A program made the translations under genes and the position numbers. A stretch of 64,000 bases of DNA from Macrostomum hystrix (lineage: Eukaryota; Animalia; Platyhelminthes), in NCBI GenBank assembly GCA_950097015.1, contig CATNEN010000038.1, forward strand, positions 34,534,001-34,598,000, written 5' to 3'. Positions within the stretch are counted from its first letter, which is position 1. The number at the start of each line of letters is the position of its first letter. The notes under the pieces were generated by a model. The model saw nothing but the letters and a program-made list of their open reading frames with translations. It did not search any database and was not told the DNA's origin. Positions 1 through 14,212 of this stretch are shown one piece after another.

Positions 1-21
1 GAACTAGACCTGGTAGCCCAA

Positions 22-570
22 CAGCTTTGAAAACCCTATCAGCTTTGACAACCCTATCAGCTTTGACAACCCTATCAGCTGTGACAACCCTATCAGCTGT
101 GAAAACCCTATCAGCTGTGACAACCCTATCAGCTGTGACAACCCTATCAGCTTTGACAACCCTATCAGCTTTGACAACCCTATCAGCTTTGACAACCTTA
201 TCAGCTGTGAAAACCCTATCAGCTGTGAAAACCCTATCAGCTGTGACAACCCTATCAGCTGTGAAAACCCTATCAGCTGTGACAACCCTATCAGCTGTGA
301 AAACCCTATCAGCTGTGACAACCCTATCAGCTGTGAAAACCCTATCAGCTGTGACAACCCTATCAGCTGTGAAAACCCTATCAGCTGTGACAACCCTATC
401 AGCTGTGACAACCCTATCAGCTTTGACAACCCTATCAGCTTTGACAACCCTATCAGCTTTGACAACCCTATCAGCTTTGACAACCTTATCAGCTGTGAAA
501 ACCCTATCAGCTGTGAAAACCCTATCAGCTGTGACAACCCTATCAGCTGTGAAAACCCTATCAGCTTTGA
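22..570. repeat. Minisatellite, 18-bp unit cagctgtgacaaccctat, ~30 copies
   Basis: Direct periodicity. Confidence 0.97.
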
Positions 571-1085
571 CATGTTTAAATGAACTAAATAAGCAGCAAA
601 CGAGAAGAATCGGCCACACTCTGGGTATAACTCAATTCCTGAAAATAGACTTGAAGATGGCATGAGAGACAACACTAAAAAGGTCTTAGCGCAAAAACAA
701 AATCTGACAAACCGCTCGATTCGCATCGATCCGCTCGAACCGCTCGGCTGCCAAAAAAAGCCAAATTGATTTTGCTACAGAATCTACGTTCGGACTGGTG
801 CCCAGTTGTGGGAAAACTCATTGGCAGTTCCCATCTGGTTCACTGATATTTCCCTTTAGTCCGGACTTTTAGTTCCAATCATCTGCTATGCAAGTACGAG
901 ATGTAGGCATCCTTCTTCCGTTGAAGTAGTTCCTAACGCTGACTATGAGGGCTGCGACTGCTCCGGAGACAGCAAATGATCAGCTCAATTCTGCTGACAA
1001 TATTTGAATATTTCATGACACGGAAATTTATTTCCCTTTTCCCTTAAATTTCACTAATATGCCCAAATATTTCCCTGACATACCA

Positions 1086-1655
<570 letters not shown>

Positions 1656-1892
1656 ATGGCTGATCTTCAAAACAACTTGCCATTCAGCTTTTCAACTATC
1701 AACCGAATTTTCTGACAACCAATCGTTACTCTAAAATTTCCCCTATATAAGGACAGCAATATAGAGAACGCAGAGATCGATTGCCTACCCCGGGTCCAAT
1801 ACTTTCTCCATTCCTCCATTTTCCGGTCGAGTTTCAAATAAAAAGTACAGTACGGAGTGTAGCTTAATTTTATTAATCGCGAATCACAATTC

Positions 1893-2327
1893 AGGATAGA
1901 GATTAGAAATGAAGGATAGAGATTAGAAGTAAAGGATAGAGATTAGAAGTAAAGGATAAAGATTAGAAGTAAAGGATAGAGATTAGAAGTAAAGGATAGA
2001 GATTAGAAGTAAAGGATAGAGATTAGAAATGGAGGATAGAGATTAGAAATGGAGGATAGAGGTTAGAAATGGAGGATAGAGGTTAGAAATGGAGGATAGA
2101 GGTTAGAAATGGAGGATAGAGGTTAGAAATGGAGGATAGAGATGAGAAATGGAGGATAGAGATGAGAAATGGAGGATAGAGATGAGAAATGGAGGATAGA
2201 GATGAGAAATGGAGGATAGAGATGAGAAATGGAGGATAGAGATGAGAATGGAGGATAGAGATGAGAAATGGAGGATAGAGATGAGAATGGAGGATAGAGA
2301 TGAGAAATGGAGGATAGAGATTAGAAA
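1893..2327. repeat. Minisatellite, 20-bp unit ggatagagattagaaatgga
   Basis: Direct periodicity with block-wise variants. Confidence 0.96.
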
Positions 2328-2494
2328 TAATTGAGAACAGATGTGCGAGATGGAGGACTAAGATAAGCGATGGTGATTGAAGTTGATAAATGAAGTTAGT
2401 GAGGTAGGTAGTGAGGAAGGCAGTGAAGCAGTTGGTTAATTATGATTTTAATGAAGGCGCTGCTTACTCTTGTTTCCTTCACCGTAGAGCTCAC

Positions 2495-5400
2495 CTGATC
2501 GTAGGTCTGATGCCTCAGTGTACCGCTGGCAAGTCCGTCACTAACTGGGATCACCACGCCAAGCATTGTGAGGCTGATGCCGTATAGGATGATTAGCGAA
2601 CCGAGCACGTGACGTTGAGGACCCCCGGCGCCGGCGGCGGCGTCGGCGTCCGCGTCGGCTGCGGCGGCATGTCGGCTGGCGTCATCTTCATTCAGCTGGT
2701 CGGCATACAGCTGCTGGTCGACAGACTTTTCGGTGTCACAAGTTGGCCTTGCCCGGGCGCTGCGGGTAAGCAGAGAGTAAGTGAAAAAAATTCGTTACTT
2801 TTTCGCTAAATCGAAATGTTAATACATTTTAATCCGTTACTTATTGATTCGTTACTAATTAGTTACTTTTAAAGCTTATGTCGTGATTGAGTTTTTTATG
2901 TAAGATTCATTACCAAGTTACTAAAAAATCAGCGCTTTTGATTCATTGTGGAAGAAATCGTTACTTTTTAGTTCGTTAAATGTTTTAGAGAACTATTAAC
3001 TTTTTATCGCAACAGATTCGTTTATTATTCAGAAACTTTAGGCACTTTTAAAGACCTTAGATCGTTACTTAGGATAATTATGATCACCGTGACTGCAATT
3101 TTCGATCCTTATCGGCAGTATTTTATTAAGTGAAATGCGTTACTTTTAAGAACTCGTTGCTTTTTTGATTTGGTATTTTTGGACGGCAAAATTCTAGCTT
3201 GTTGGCAGTAAAATTCGCTTCTACTTTAGAGCAAGTCTCTCTCCAAAAGAACTTAATTAATTATTTAATTTTTAATTTTTGCAAGCTACATCATTATTTT
3301 GTTATATTGTATACGCACTAAAACTTTTTGTCCTCTATAATAAAAATGGCTGAGGACATCCCCCTTCCCACGGTGACGAAAGTGCAACTGGCGTGCCCGC
3401 GTCCATCAGAACCCTGTACACAAAACAGCTCAGCTACTCCTCCTCTGAATGTTTCATGACTTCATTCAATACGCCTTTCAGCCATTCAGCCACATGAGAT
3501 GAGATGTTGCTGGTGGAGGCAGGGCGGAATTGCACTGTCTAGCTGCCACCGTGACCAATAAAAGTGCATTGCGTGGAACGCTTCAAGCTCATGAGTGAGA
3601 GTTGCTGAAATCATTCGCTCATTGAATGACTGAATTTTCCAGACTATCATGGCCTGCTTCTTTGCCATCCATAATTTTTGAGTGTTCTTGTATTTTCCAG
3701 CTGACGATAGATTTTTACTCATTCCAGGTGTTTCTTCTTCTCCATTCTCTTCTGTCCCTTCTATGTCATTCTCATCCTTCTGTCTTCTTCTCTCACCCAC
3801 TGTGTCTCCTTCTCTCACCCCCTGTGTCTCCTTCTCTCATCCACTGTGTCTCCTTCTCTCACCCACTGTGTCTCCTTCTCTCATCCACTGTGTCTCCTTC
3901 TCTCACCCACTGTGTCTCCTTCTCTCATCCACTGTGTCTCCTTCTCTCACCCTCTGTGTCTCCTTCTCTCACCCACTGTGTCTCCTTCTCTCACCCTCTG
4001 TGTCTCCTTCTCTCATCCACTGTGTCTCCTTCTCTCATCCACTGTGTCTCCTTCTCTCACCCTGTGTCTCCTTCTCTCATCCACTGTGTCTCCTTCTCTC
4101 ACCCACTGTGGCTCCTTCTCTCACCCGCTGTGTCTCCTTCTCTCACCCACTGTGTCTCCTTCTCTCACCCACTGTGTCTCCTTCCCTCACCCCCTTTGAC
4201 TAATTCTCTCACCCTCTGTCTATTTGGGTCTGTGTCTATCTGTCCCTTTCAATTTTTGTCTCCAAGATATTTAAGGTACCAAACGTACTTTTAGAAATAT
4301 TATAAAAAGTCTTCATCGCTAGCCGCCAAAATAACAACTTGGAAATATTTTTGGACGAAAAAATCGAACAAGACAGCTCAAACTAAGAAGGCCAGTTTGA
4401 ATACAGATAGGCTGAGATGAGTGAAGAGTGACTTCATTTGACTGGCTTTGGAAGGCCATTGCCAAAGTGCAGACTAGCAACCAAAGTAGGCTGTGGATAA
4501 GAGGACTGGCGAACTGTTGGGATAAGAACGAAGGGCCGGATGTTAGAAATCGAGTTGGAGTGTATGCTGGCCACTCCAGAATGATCACTGGGCCCGCGGA
4601 ATACAGAGAACTAGGTCAGGAGCTCGATTGCAGATGCTATAAGCTGCATCGCATCTCCTTAGCATATTAAGTCCGAGATTCGGCAGAGAGAAATCTAAAA
4701 TCGTTGACTGGCTAAGAGGGCTGGGGCTAGGATCGATTGAGCAAACTCAAAAGAGAAGGACATTATCTGCCAGTCGATCTCGTCCGTCTGTTCACGGACT
4801 TTTGTTTTTCCTTCTAAAAATCTGTAATCTGCTAACCCAACACATCAAATCCATTCACTAGCCCCACCCATCCATCCATTAGCCCCGACCATCCATCCAT
4901 TCACTAGCCCCACCCATCCATCCATTCACTAGCCCCACCCATCCATCCATTCATTAGCCCCACCCATCCATCCATTCATTAGCCCCACCCATCCATCCAT
5001 TCATTAGCCCCACCCATCCATCCATTCACTAGCCCCACCCATCCATCCATTCACTAGCCCCACCCATCCATCCATTCATTAGCCCCACCCTTCCATCCAT
5101 CCATTAGCCCCGACCATCCATCCATTTATTAGTCCCACCCATCCATCCACTCCTTAGCCCCTCCCATCCATCCGTCCATTAGCCCCACCCATCCATCCAC
5201 TCCTTAGCCCCTCCCATCCATCCGTCCATTAGCCCCACCCATCCATCCATTCATTAGCTCCACCCTTCCATCCATTCATTAGCCCCATCCTTCCATCCAT
5301 TCATTAGCCCCACCCATCCATCCATTCATTAGCCCCACCCATCCATCCATTCATTAGCCCTACCCATCCATCCATTCATTAGCCCTACCCATCCATCCAT

Positions 5401-8400
5401 TCATTAGCCCTACCCATCAAATCCATTCATTAGCCCCATCCTTCCATCCATTCATTAAGCCCCACCCATCAATCCATTCACTAGCCCCACCCATCCATCC
5501 ATTCATTAGCCCTACCCATCCATCCATTCATTAGCCCTACCCATCAAATCCATTCATTAGCCCCACCCTTCCATCCATTCATTAGCCCCACCCTTCCATC
5601 CATTCATTAGCCCCACCCATCCATCCATTCACTAGCCCCACCCATCCATCCATTCATTAGCCCTACCCATCAAATCCATTCATTAGCCCCACCCTTCCAT
5701 CCATTCATTAGCCCCACCCTTCCATCCATTCATTCGCCCCACCCATCCATCCATTCATTAGCCCTACCCATCCATCCACTCCTTAGCCCCTCCCATCCAT
5801 CCGTCCATTAGCCCCACCCATCCATCCATTCATTAGCCCCACCCATCAATCCATTCACTAGCCCCACCCATCAATCCATTCACTAGCCCCACCCATCAAT
5901 CCATTCACTAGCCCCACCCATCCATCCATTCATTAGCCCTACCCATCAAATCCATTCATTAGCCCCACCCTTCCATCCATTCATTAGCCCCACCCTTCCA
6001 TCCATTCATTCGCCCCACCCATCCATCCATTCATTAGCCCTACCCATCCATCCACTCCTTAGCCCCTCCCATCCATCCGTCCATTAGCCCCACCCATCCA
6101 TCCATTCATTAGCCCCACCCATCCATCCATTCATTAGCCCCACCCTTCCATCCATTCATTAGCCCCACCCTTCCATCCATTCATTAGCCCCACCCTTCCA
6201 TCCATTCATTAGCCCCACCCATCCATCCATTCATTGGCCCCACCTGCCAAATCCATTCATTAGCCCCACCCTTCCATCCATTCATTAGCCCCACCCTTCC
6301 ATCCATTCATTAGCCCCACCCATCAATCCATTCACTAGCCCCACCCATCCATCCATTCATTAGCCCTACCCATCAAATCCATTCATTAGCCCCACCCTTC
6401 CATCCATTCATTAGCCCCACCCTTCCATCCATTCATTAGCCCCACCCATCCATCCATTCACTAGCCCCACCCATCCATCCATTCATTAGCCCCACCCTTC
6501 CATCCATTCATTCGCCCCACCCATCCATCCATTCATTAGCCCTACCCATCCATCCACTCCTTAGCCCCTCCCATCCATCCGTCCATTAGCCCCACCCATC
6601 CATCCATTCATTAGCCCCACCCATCCATCCATTCATTAGCCCCACCCTTCCATCCATTCATTAGCCCCACCCTTCCATCCATTCATTAGCCCCACCCTTC
6701 CATCCATTCATTAGCCCCACCCATCCATCCATTCATTAGCCCCACCCTTCCATCCATTCATTAGCCCCACCCTTCCATCCATTCATTAGCCCCACCCTTC
6801 CATCCATTCATTAGCCCCACCCTTCCATCCATTCATTAGCCCCACCCTTCCATCCATTCATTAGCCCCACCCTTCCATCCATTCATTAGCCCCACCCATC
6901 CATCCATTCATTAGCCCCACCCTTCCATCCATTCATTAGCCCCACCCTTCCATCCATTCATTAGCCCCACCCTTCCATCCATTCATTAGCCCCACCCATC
7001 CATCCATTCATTAGCCCCACCCTTCCATCCATTCATTAGCCCCACCCTTCCATCCATTCATTAGCCCCACCCATCCATCCATTCATTAGCCCCACCCTTC
7101 CATCCATTCATTAGCCCCACCCTTCCATCCATTCATTAGCCCTACCCATCCATCCATTCATTAGCCCTACCCATTCATCCATTCTTTAGCCCTACCCATC
7201 AAATCCATTCATTAGCCCCACCCTTCTATCCATTCATTAGCCCCACCCATCCATCCATTCATTAGCCCCACCCATCCATCCACTCCTTAGCCCCTCCCAT
7301 TCATCCGTCCATTAGCCCCACCCATCCATCCATTTATTAGCCCCACCCATCCATCCATTCATTAGCCCCACCCTTCCATCCATTCATTAGCCCCACCCAT
7401 TCATCCATTCATTCGCCCCACCCATCCATCCATTCATTAGCCCTACCCATCCATCCATTCATTAGCCCCACCCTTCCATCCATTCATTAGCCCCACCCAT
7501 TCATCCATTCATTAGCCCCACCCATCCATCCATTCATTAGCCCTACCCATCCATCCATTCATTAGCCCTACCCATCCATCCATTCATTAGCCCCACCCTT
7601 CCATCCATTCATTAGCCCCACCCATTCATCCACTCCTTAGCCCCTCCCATTCATCCGTCCATTAGCCCCACCCTTCCATCCATTCATTAGTCCCACCCAT
7701 CCATCCATTCATTAGCCCCACCCATCCATCCATTCATTAGCCCCACCCATCCATCCATTCATTGGCCCCACCTGCCAAATCCACCCATTGTTTATTAGCC
7801 CCACAAATCAAATCCATCCATTGTTTATTGGCCCCACAAATCAAATCCATCCATTGTTTATTAGCCCCACAAATCAAATCCACCCATTGTTTATTGGCCC
7901 CACAAATCAAATCCATCCATTGTTTATTGGCCCCACAAATCAAATCCACCCATTGTTTATTAGCCCCACAAATCAAATCCACCCATTGTTTATTGGCCCC
8001 ACAAATCAAATCCATCCATTCGATTCGCAGGAAAGCAGTACAATGCGCATATACTTTTTCTATTCGCCTGAGTTTTTGTGGATTGCGTGACTTATTTTAG
8101 TTAAAAAGCAAATAAACTTAAATAAAATTTTGATGTATTGACATAATAAAATATTATGTTACACCCGTGTCTAACAGTTATTGCTCCATTAATTCACATC
8201 TCACACACGTGTCTAACAGTTATTGATCCAATAATGCACATGTTACACACGTGTCTAACAGTTATTGATCCAATAATGCACATGTCACACACGTGTCTAA
8301 CAGTTATTGATCCAATAATGCACATGTTACACACGTGTCTAACAGTTATTGATCCATTAATGCACATGTCACACACGTGTCTAACAGTTATTGATGCATT

Positions 8401-9334
8401 ATTGTACATGTCACACACGTGTCTAACAGTTATTGATCCAATAATGCACATGTTACACACGTGTCTAACAGTTATTGATGCATTAATGTACATGTCACAC
8501 ACGTGTCTAACAGTTATTGATGCATTAATGTACATGTCACACACGTGTCTAACAGTTATTGATCCAATAATGCACATGTTACACACGTGTCTAACAGTTA
8601 TTGATGCATTAATGTACATGTCACACACGTGTCTAACAGTTATTGATGCATTAATGTACATGTCACACACGTCTAACAGTTATTGATGCATTAATGTACA
8701 TGTCACACACGTCTAACAGTTATTGATCCATTAATGCACATGTCACACACGTGTCTAACAGTTATTGATGCATTAATGTACATGTCACACACGTGTCTAA
8801 CAGTTATTGATGCATTAATGTACATGTCACACACGTCTAACAGTTATTGATCCATTAATGCACATGTCACACACGTGTCTAACAGTTATTGATCCAATAA
8901 TGCACATGTCACACACGTGTCTAACAGTTATTGATCCATTAATGCACATGTCACACACGTGTCTAACAGTTATTGATGCATTAATGCACATGTCACACAT
9001 GTGTCTAACAGTTGTCGATCCATTCCTGTACAAGTCTAACCGTTATCGATTTATTCCTGAACGTGTCTAACATTTATCGATCTATTCCTGAACGTGTCTA
9101 ACAGTTATCGATCTATTCCTGAACGTGTCTAACAGTTATCGATCAATTTCTGTAACATGTAAAATTTGTCTAACTTTCTGTGAACAGACACGTTTCCTTT
9201 ATCTAACTAGTAGGTAAAAGTTCAGTTTCAATATTTATAAGCGGAATATGTACCAGGTGAAAAATGGACCGTACTCACTTTAACTCATCCGAGTCGGATC
9301 CAACAACCACAACCAGTTCCTCTGGTAGAGTCAT
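2495..9334 (-). CDS. Otopetrin-like proton channel, 5' part; exons 9334-9279 and 2759-2495; rest lies left of the window
   Basis: Exon 9334-9279 reads MTLPEELVVVVGSDSDEL+AA|gtgagt (phase 2). Exon 2759-2495 follows cttacccgcag|, is in matching phase, and ends YDQ|gtgagc. It encodes GSLIILYGISLTMLGVVIPVSDGL...TYD, resembling invertebrate otopetrin TM1 (S-x-LY-x-x-LLVVxGxxxPxxE...Y) as I recall it. Family call rests on one helix. Confidence 0.6.
3780..4195. repeat. Minisatellite, 22-bp unit ccactgtgtctccttctctcac
   Basis: Direct periodicity. Confidence 0.96.
4848..8020. repeat. Minisatellite, 25-bp unit ccattcattagccccacccatccat (~115 copies), switching at ~7770 to a related 33-bp unit
   Basis: Direct periodicity; the 33-mer ccattgtttattggccccacaaatcaaatccat shares the core. 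Confidence 0.97.
8155..9145. repeat. Minisatellite, 42-bp unit (gtgtctaacagttattgatcca...), ending in a related ~30-bp unit
   Basis: Direct periodicity. Confidence 0.96.
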
Positions 9335-10039
9335 TTTATATTCTAAAGCAGGTATAATTAGGTGTGAAAATAAATCTGATCCAAATCCCTGAGCAGCAAA
9401 CAGAGCTCAACAGCCCAGCTGGTATCTTTCAAGAGACAAAAATATTCAAAATAGCCAAGGTAAAGAAATGGGCAGATTGTCTGAGCTGTCTAGTAGGCTC
9501 AGCACTAATCCGATTGGCTGGAAGGTGTGGGCACTGGGATCGGGGTAAGGAGTTGAGACGTACTGCGGCTTGAAAACTGGGCCCACCAGATGATGAGAAA
9601 AGCGATGAAAGTACACGCATGCGCTTGGCTGAATTTGTTCTCTAAAATAAGTTTCTCCATTAATAGTAGCGGCTGAAGGCACGGAAAAATGGTTGAAAAT
9701 TGTCTGGCAATAAATGCGACCAAAAAGCAATAAATTAGACATTTACTCGCCATTTTTCTGTTTGGATAGTGAAATTAAAGGGAAAATTGTACGCAACCAA
9801 CTCGAGAATAAATAAGTAGGAGTGACACACGAATAGAGTCGAGGCTGATGAGGAAAAGGTGAGGAAGGAGCGAGGAAGGGAGGGAATATTTGGGGATAAC
9901 AGAACGAACGTGAAGGTGTCGAGTGGTACACTGTAAGATGGGAGCCGTAGAGAGACAGATATAGATGGGAGTGGAGGCGGCAATGGTGACGAGAAGAAAG
10001 TGTCAGTGGGAGGGTTGAGGCGACGAAAACGATTAGGAC

Positions 10040-10232
10040 AAAGAGGAGAGGGTGAAGAGGAGAGGGTGAAGAGGAGAGAGTGAAGATGAGAGGGCGGAGA
10101 GGAGAGGGTGAAGACGAGAGGGTGAAGAGGAGAGGGTGAAGAGGAGAGAGTGAAGATGAGAGGGCGAAGAGTAGAGGGCGGAGAGTAGAGGGCGGAGAGT
10201 AGAGGGCGGAGAGGAGAGGGCGGAGAGGAGGG
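10040..10232. repeat. Purine-rich short-unit tandem repeat (gaggagagggtgaa-like)
   Basis: Direct periodicity. Confidence 0.85.
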
Positions 10233-10674
10233 ATTGAAGAGTAAAAATTCTGAGTGGTTCGAGTTGTACACGGGGATTTTCACTCGCGTCTTGAATTACA
10301 AATATCAGCGGTGTTGCGTGATGTGAGCAGCCGAATGTGAGAATTCGCTCGGTGAGGAACATTGATTGATTTCTTCCAAGTCTTGCCAAATGATAAATAC
10401 GATGTTTTGCTTTTTAATAAACAGTCTGAATGTTAAAACGGCAACTTATTTACAGCAAGCGCTAACAAAATAACAAGCCTAATTTAATAGAGTTGCACTC
10501 GGCATTTGGGCAGAAAAGTTTGTGAAATAAAACATCAGCAGGTTTAGAATTGGAAAATTTGTGTATATTGTCAGATCTACCTACTAAGAATAGTAGAACA
10601 ATTGTATTTTTATTCAATACGATATCAAGACGAACGGAATATTGAAATGAGTGAAAATTAGTGAAACACATATA

Positions 10675-10940
10675 CAGTGAATCAGAAATTCTGTGAATCT
10701 GGTATTCTGTGAATCAGGAATTCTGTTAATCTGGAATTCTGTGAATCTGGAATTCTGTGAATCTGGTATTCTGTGAATCCGGAATTCTGTGAATCTGGTA
10801 TTCTGTGAATCTGGAATTCTGTGAATCTGGAATTCTGTGAATCTGGTATTCTGTGAATCTGGAATTCTGTGAATCTGGTATTCTGTGAATCTGGAATTAT
10901 GCAAATCAGGAGTTCTGTGAATCTGGAGTTCTGTCAATCA
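10675..10940. repeat. Minisatellite, 16-bp unit ctgtgaatctggaatt
   Basis: Direct periodicity; a SINE is inserted at its right edge. Confidence 0.93.
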
Positions 10941-10942
10941 GG

Positions 10943-11274
10943 AATAATAATAATTGCAGGAGGGCTCATTTAGTGATTTAGTGACACTAGACCCGCAGCC
11001 AGCGAGGAGGCAATTCTGCCCATTTAGCTGACTCCTGAGCACACAGGCACACACTCACACAGGTGTGTACATCTGCCCTGACTTTCTCAGCGTCAGGCAG
11101 TGTACACTTCACTGTGCCTTGGAGGTTGACCCTTAAATTGGGTAAATTGCACGACAAGCCCCCAAGCCTTCTCTCGGCGGCTGCGCCCCAAATGAATGTG
11201 GCCTCTCCGCGGAATCGAACTCAGGGACCCTGGTGTGAGAGGCCAACGCAATTACCGCTTTGCCACCGACCCCC
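10943..11274 (-). mobile_element. tRNA-derived SINE, near full length
   Basis: Minus strand begins GGGGGTCGGTGGCAAAGCGG (A box), has a GTTCGATTCC B box and ends in (ATT)n. It aligns by eye with 41192-41559. A probable TSD aatcaggaat lies on both sides. Confidence 0.9.
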
Positions 11275-12230
11275 TTTAAATCAGGAATTCTGCTAATAAG
11301 GAATGTGGTAACTCAGGTATTTAGAATCCCAGTGAAAAAAAACTAATTACGAAACAATTCGATCTGTCCAAGTCTGCAGGAAAGATACGCTCGTAATTAA
11401 TGTAAACAGTTTGGAACATCATAAAAATCAATTGTGCAATCTTACTAATATCAGCTTATATTTCAAAACACTGAACAGTAAAGAATAAAGAGTTCTGTCT
11501 CTATTCTTTATTTAAACCAAAAATCTCATCGATGATTGGTTGCTTTTTAACCATTATAACATTTAATAAGAGCCAAAAACATCACAAGACGATGCCGTTA
11601 TAAACAAAGAACCACATTTTCATCCTATCTAGCAGGGGTCATTGATAAGGTAATCATACTCCATCTAGAATACTCTGGCCTTATTTTAGGATTGTCACAA
11701 TGGTCCCCTAACAAGGAATACAAAATATGATATCACTGCAAATTATTAAATAAGACAGACATGTACACAGCAAAGATTAAAAGGAAAAAACCATCGCTTT
11801 AGCCAATCAAAATGATAATTTAGACATTCAAAACGATAATGACTATGGATTTAGATAACTAGAGAACATAGACGTTTGGACAACCAAAACGAGAATGAAT
11901 TCAGGCACTCAGAAGATCCACCCTTTCGACCATAGACTAAAAAACTCCCCTTGCCTTGCTCTCCGCCTGTTTGGTTTTCTCTCGATTCTTTCAGTGCTAT
12001 TTCTTGTTGCTGTTTTTCAAATGCCCCGACCAATATCCTCAGTCGACAGGTCGATTGCAGCTGCGTATAGAGTTATGCGAGCATATACGCAGGATGGAAG
12101 GGTTCAGGCGTTACCATGCAGGTGGTAAAAAAGGAATCGTGCAAAAATGATTACATATACTGTAAATAGAAACATGTTTGCCTGTTTGATCGTTAGATTG
12201 CCTTTCAAATTCTCGTTTTGATTGCCGCTT

Positions 12231-13267
12231 TCTCATTTTGAATGTCCTTAACTCTATGGCCGAATAGCTGAGCTGCGCGCGGGAGACCCATCCGATAGCA
12301 TGAGACCGCAGACATTATCATTTTGAATGTCCTTAACTCTATGGCCGAATAGCTGAGCTGCGCGCGGGAGACCCATCCGATAGCATGAGACCACAGACAT
12401 TCTCATTTTGAATGTCCTTAACTCTATGGCCGAATAGCTGAGCTGCGCGCGGGAGACCCATCCGATAGCATGAGACCACAGACATTCTCATTTTGAATGT
12501 CCTTAACTCTATGGCCGAATAGCTGAGCTGCGCGCGGGAGACCCACCCGATAGCATGAGACCACAGACATTCTCATTTTGAATGTCCTTAACTCTATGGC
12601 CGAATAGCTGAGCTGCGCGCGGGAGACCCATCCGATAGCATGAGACCACAGACATTCTCATTTTGAATGTCCTTAACTCTATGGCCGAATAGCTGAGCTG
12701 CGCGCGGGAGACCCACCCGATAGCATGAGACCACAGACATTATCATTTTGAATGTCCTTAACTCTATGGCCGAATAGCTGAGCTGCGCGCGGGAGACCCA
12801 TCCGATAGCATGAGACCACAGACATTATCATTTTGAATGTCCTTAACTCTATGGCCGAATAGCTGAGCTGCGCGCGGGAGACCCATCCGATAGCATGAGA
12901 CCACAGACATTATCATTTTGAATGTCCTTAACTCTATGGCCGAATAGCTGAGCTGCGCGCGGGAGACCCATCCGATAGCATGAGACCACAGACATTATCA
13001 TTTTGAATGTCCTTAACTCTATGGCCGAATAGCTGAGCTGCGCGCGGGAGACCCATCCGATAGCATGAGACCACAGACATTACCATTTTGAATGTCCTTA
13101 ACTCTATGGCCGAATAGCTGAGCTGCGCGCGGGAGACCCATCCGATAGCATGAGACCACAGACATTATCATTTTGAATGTCCTTAACTCTATGGCCGAAT
13201 AGCTGAGCTGCGCGCGGGAGACCCACCCGATAGCATGAGACCACAGACATTACCATTTTGAATGTCC
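12231..13267. repeat. Tandem repeat, 85-bp unit, ~12 near-identical copies
   Basis: aatgtccttaac recurs at 12241, 12326, 12411 and onward. Confidence 0.97.
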
Positions 13268-14212
13268 AAATTATCATTTAGATTCACAATAGCAATATTA
13301 TATAATATATGCTAAATTTTACACGAATAAAATATATGCAACAGAGGAAAGCATTCAATGAAGCAAATTGCAAAGCATAAAAAACGAAAAGCCAATTGGG
13401 AAATTCTAGCCTTTTGTACTAGATTACAGACTGATTGACAAGTCAATTGATTGATATAAACTTTTGGATAGAAGACAAACTCATTAGTAAAAAACTGGAG
13501 TTGATATATGAAAGATGACAATTGTTTAACGAGTGACAAAATTTGTTGATAAGATACACATATAGAGTGACAGACAAGACCTAAAGATTGATAGATAAAT
13601 ACAGACATTGATAGATAAGAAACAGAGATTGATAGATAAGATGCAGAGATTGATAGATAAGATGCGGAGATTGATAAAGAAGTAACGGATATTGATAATA
13701 TATAGATGAGCTAAGCAGAAGACAAGAGAAGAATGAACACACAACGCTTAAAAAGCATACGAGGTACCAGCTAGAAGACGTATTTAGACGCAAATATGAA
13801 ATCAAAGGCAGAACAAGTTAGGCGCAATCGATGACGTCACAGGTCTCTGGTGTTGAGCTGATTGTTAAACGATCGATTGCAACCAAAACAAAGCAGAAAC
13901 AAACAGAATAACAATGATTGGAAAATTTTGAAAGCACAAAGCACAATAGAACATTTATCTTGACAATTGAGACAATTGATATTTTAAATTTCATTATTTG
14001 GACAAAAGCAAATAAGTGCAATCAACTTCTAACTGCTCTGCTTAAATTAAATGAAATGACACTATCAGTCTAAATGAACAGGTGTCAGAGTGAAACAAAA
14101 CTACATTTTGGGACGCGCACTGTACGGACTAGAGTTAATTAGATTTTCGACAATCGATTCATGATGTTAAAAACAGATAATTGTGAAATATATAAATTAA
14201 ATATTTAGTTCA

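Noticed and set aside
12231-13267. CRISPR array, tRNA or 5S array
   Set aside because: Eukaryotic context, no unique spacers and no cas genes; no B box, cloverleaf or 5S match beyond a few nucleotides.
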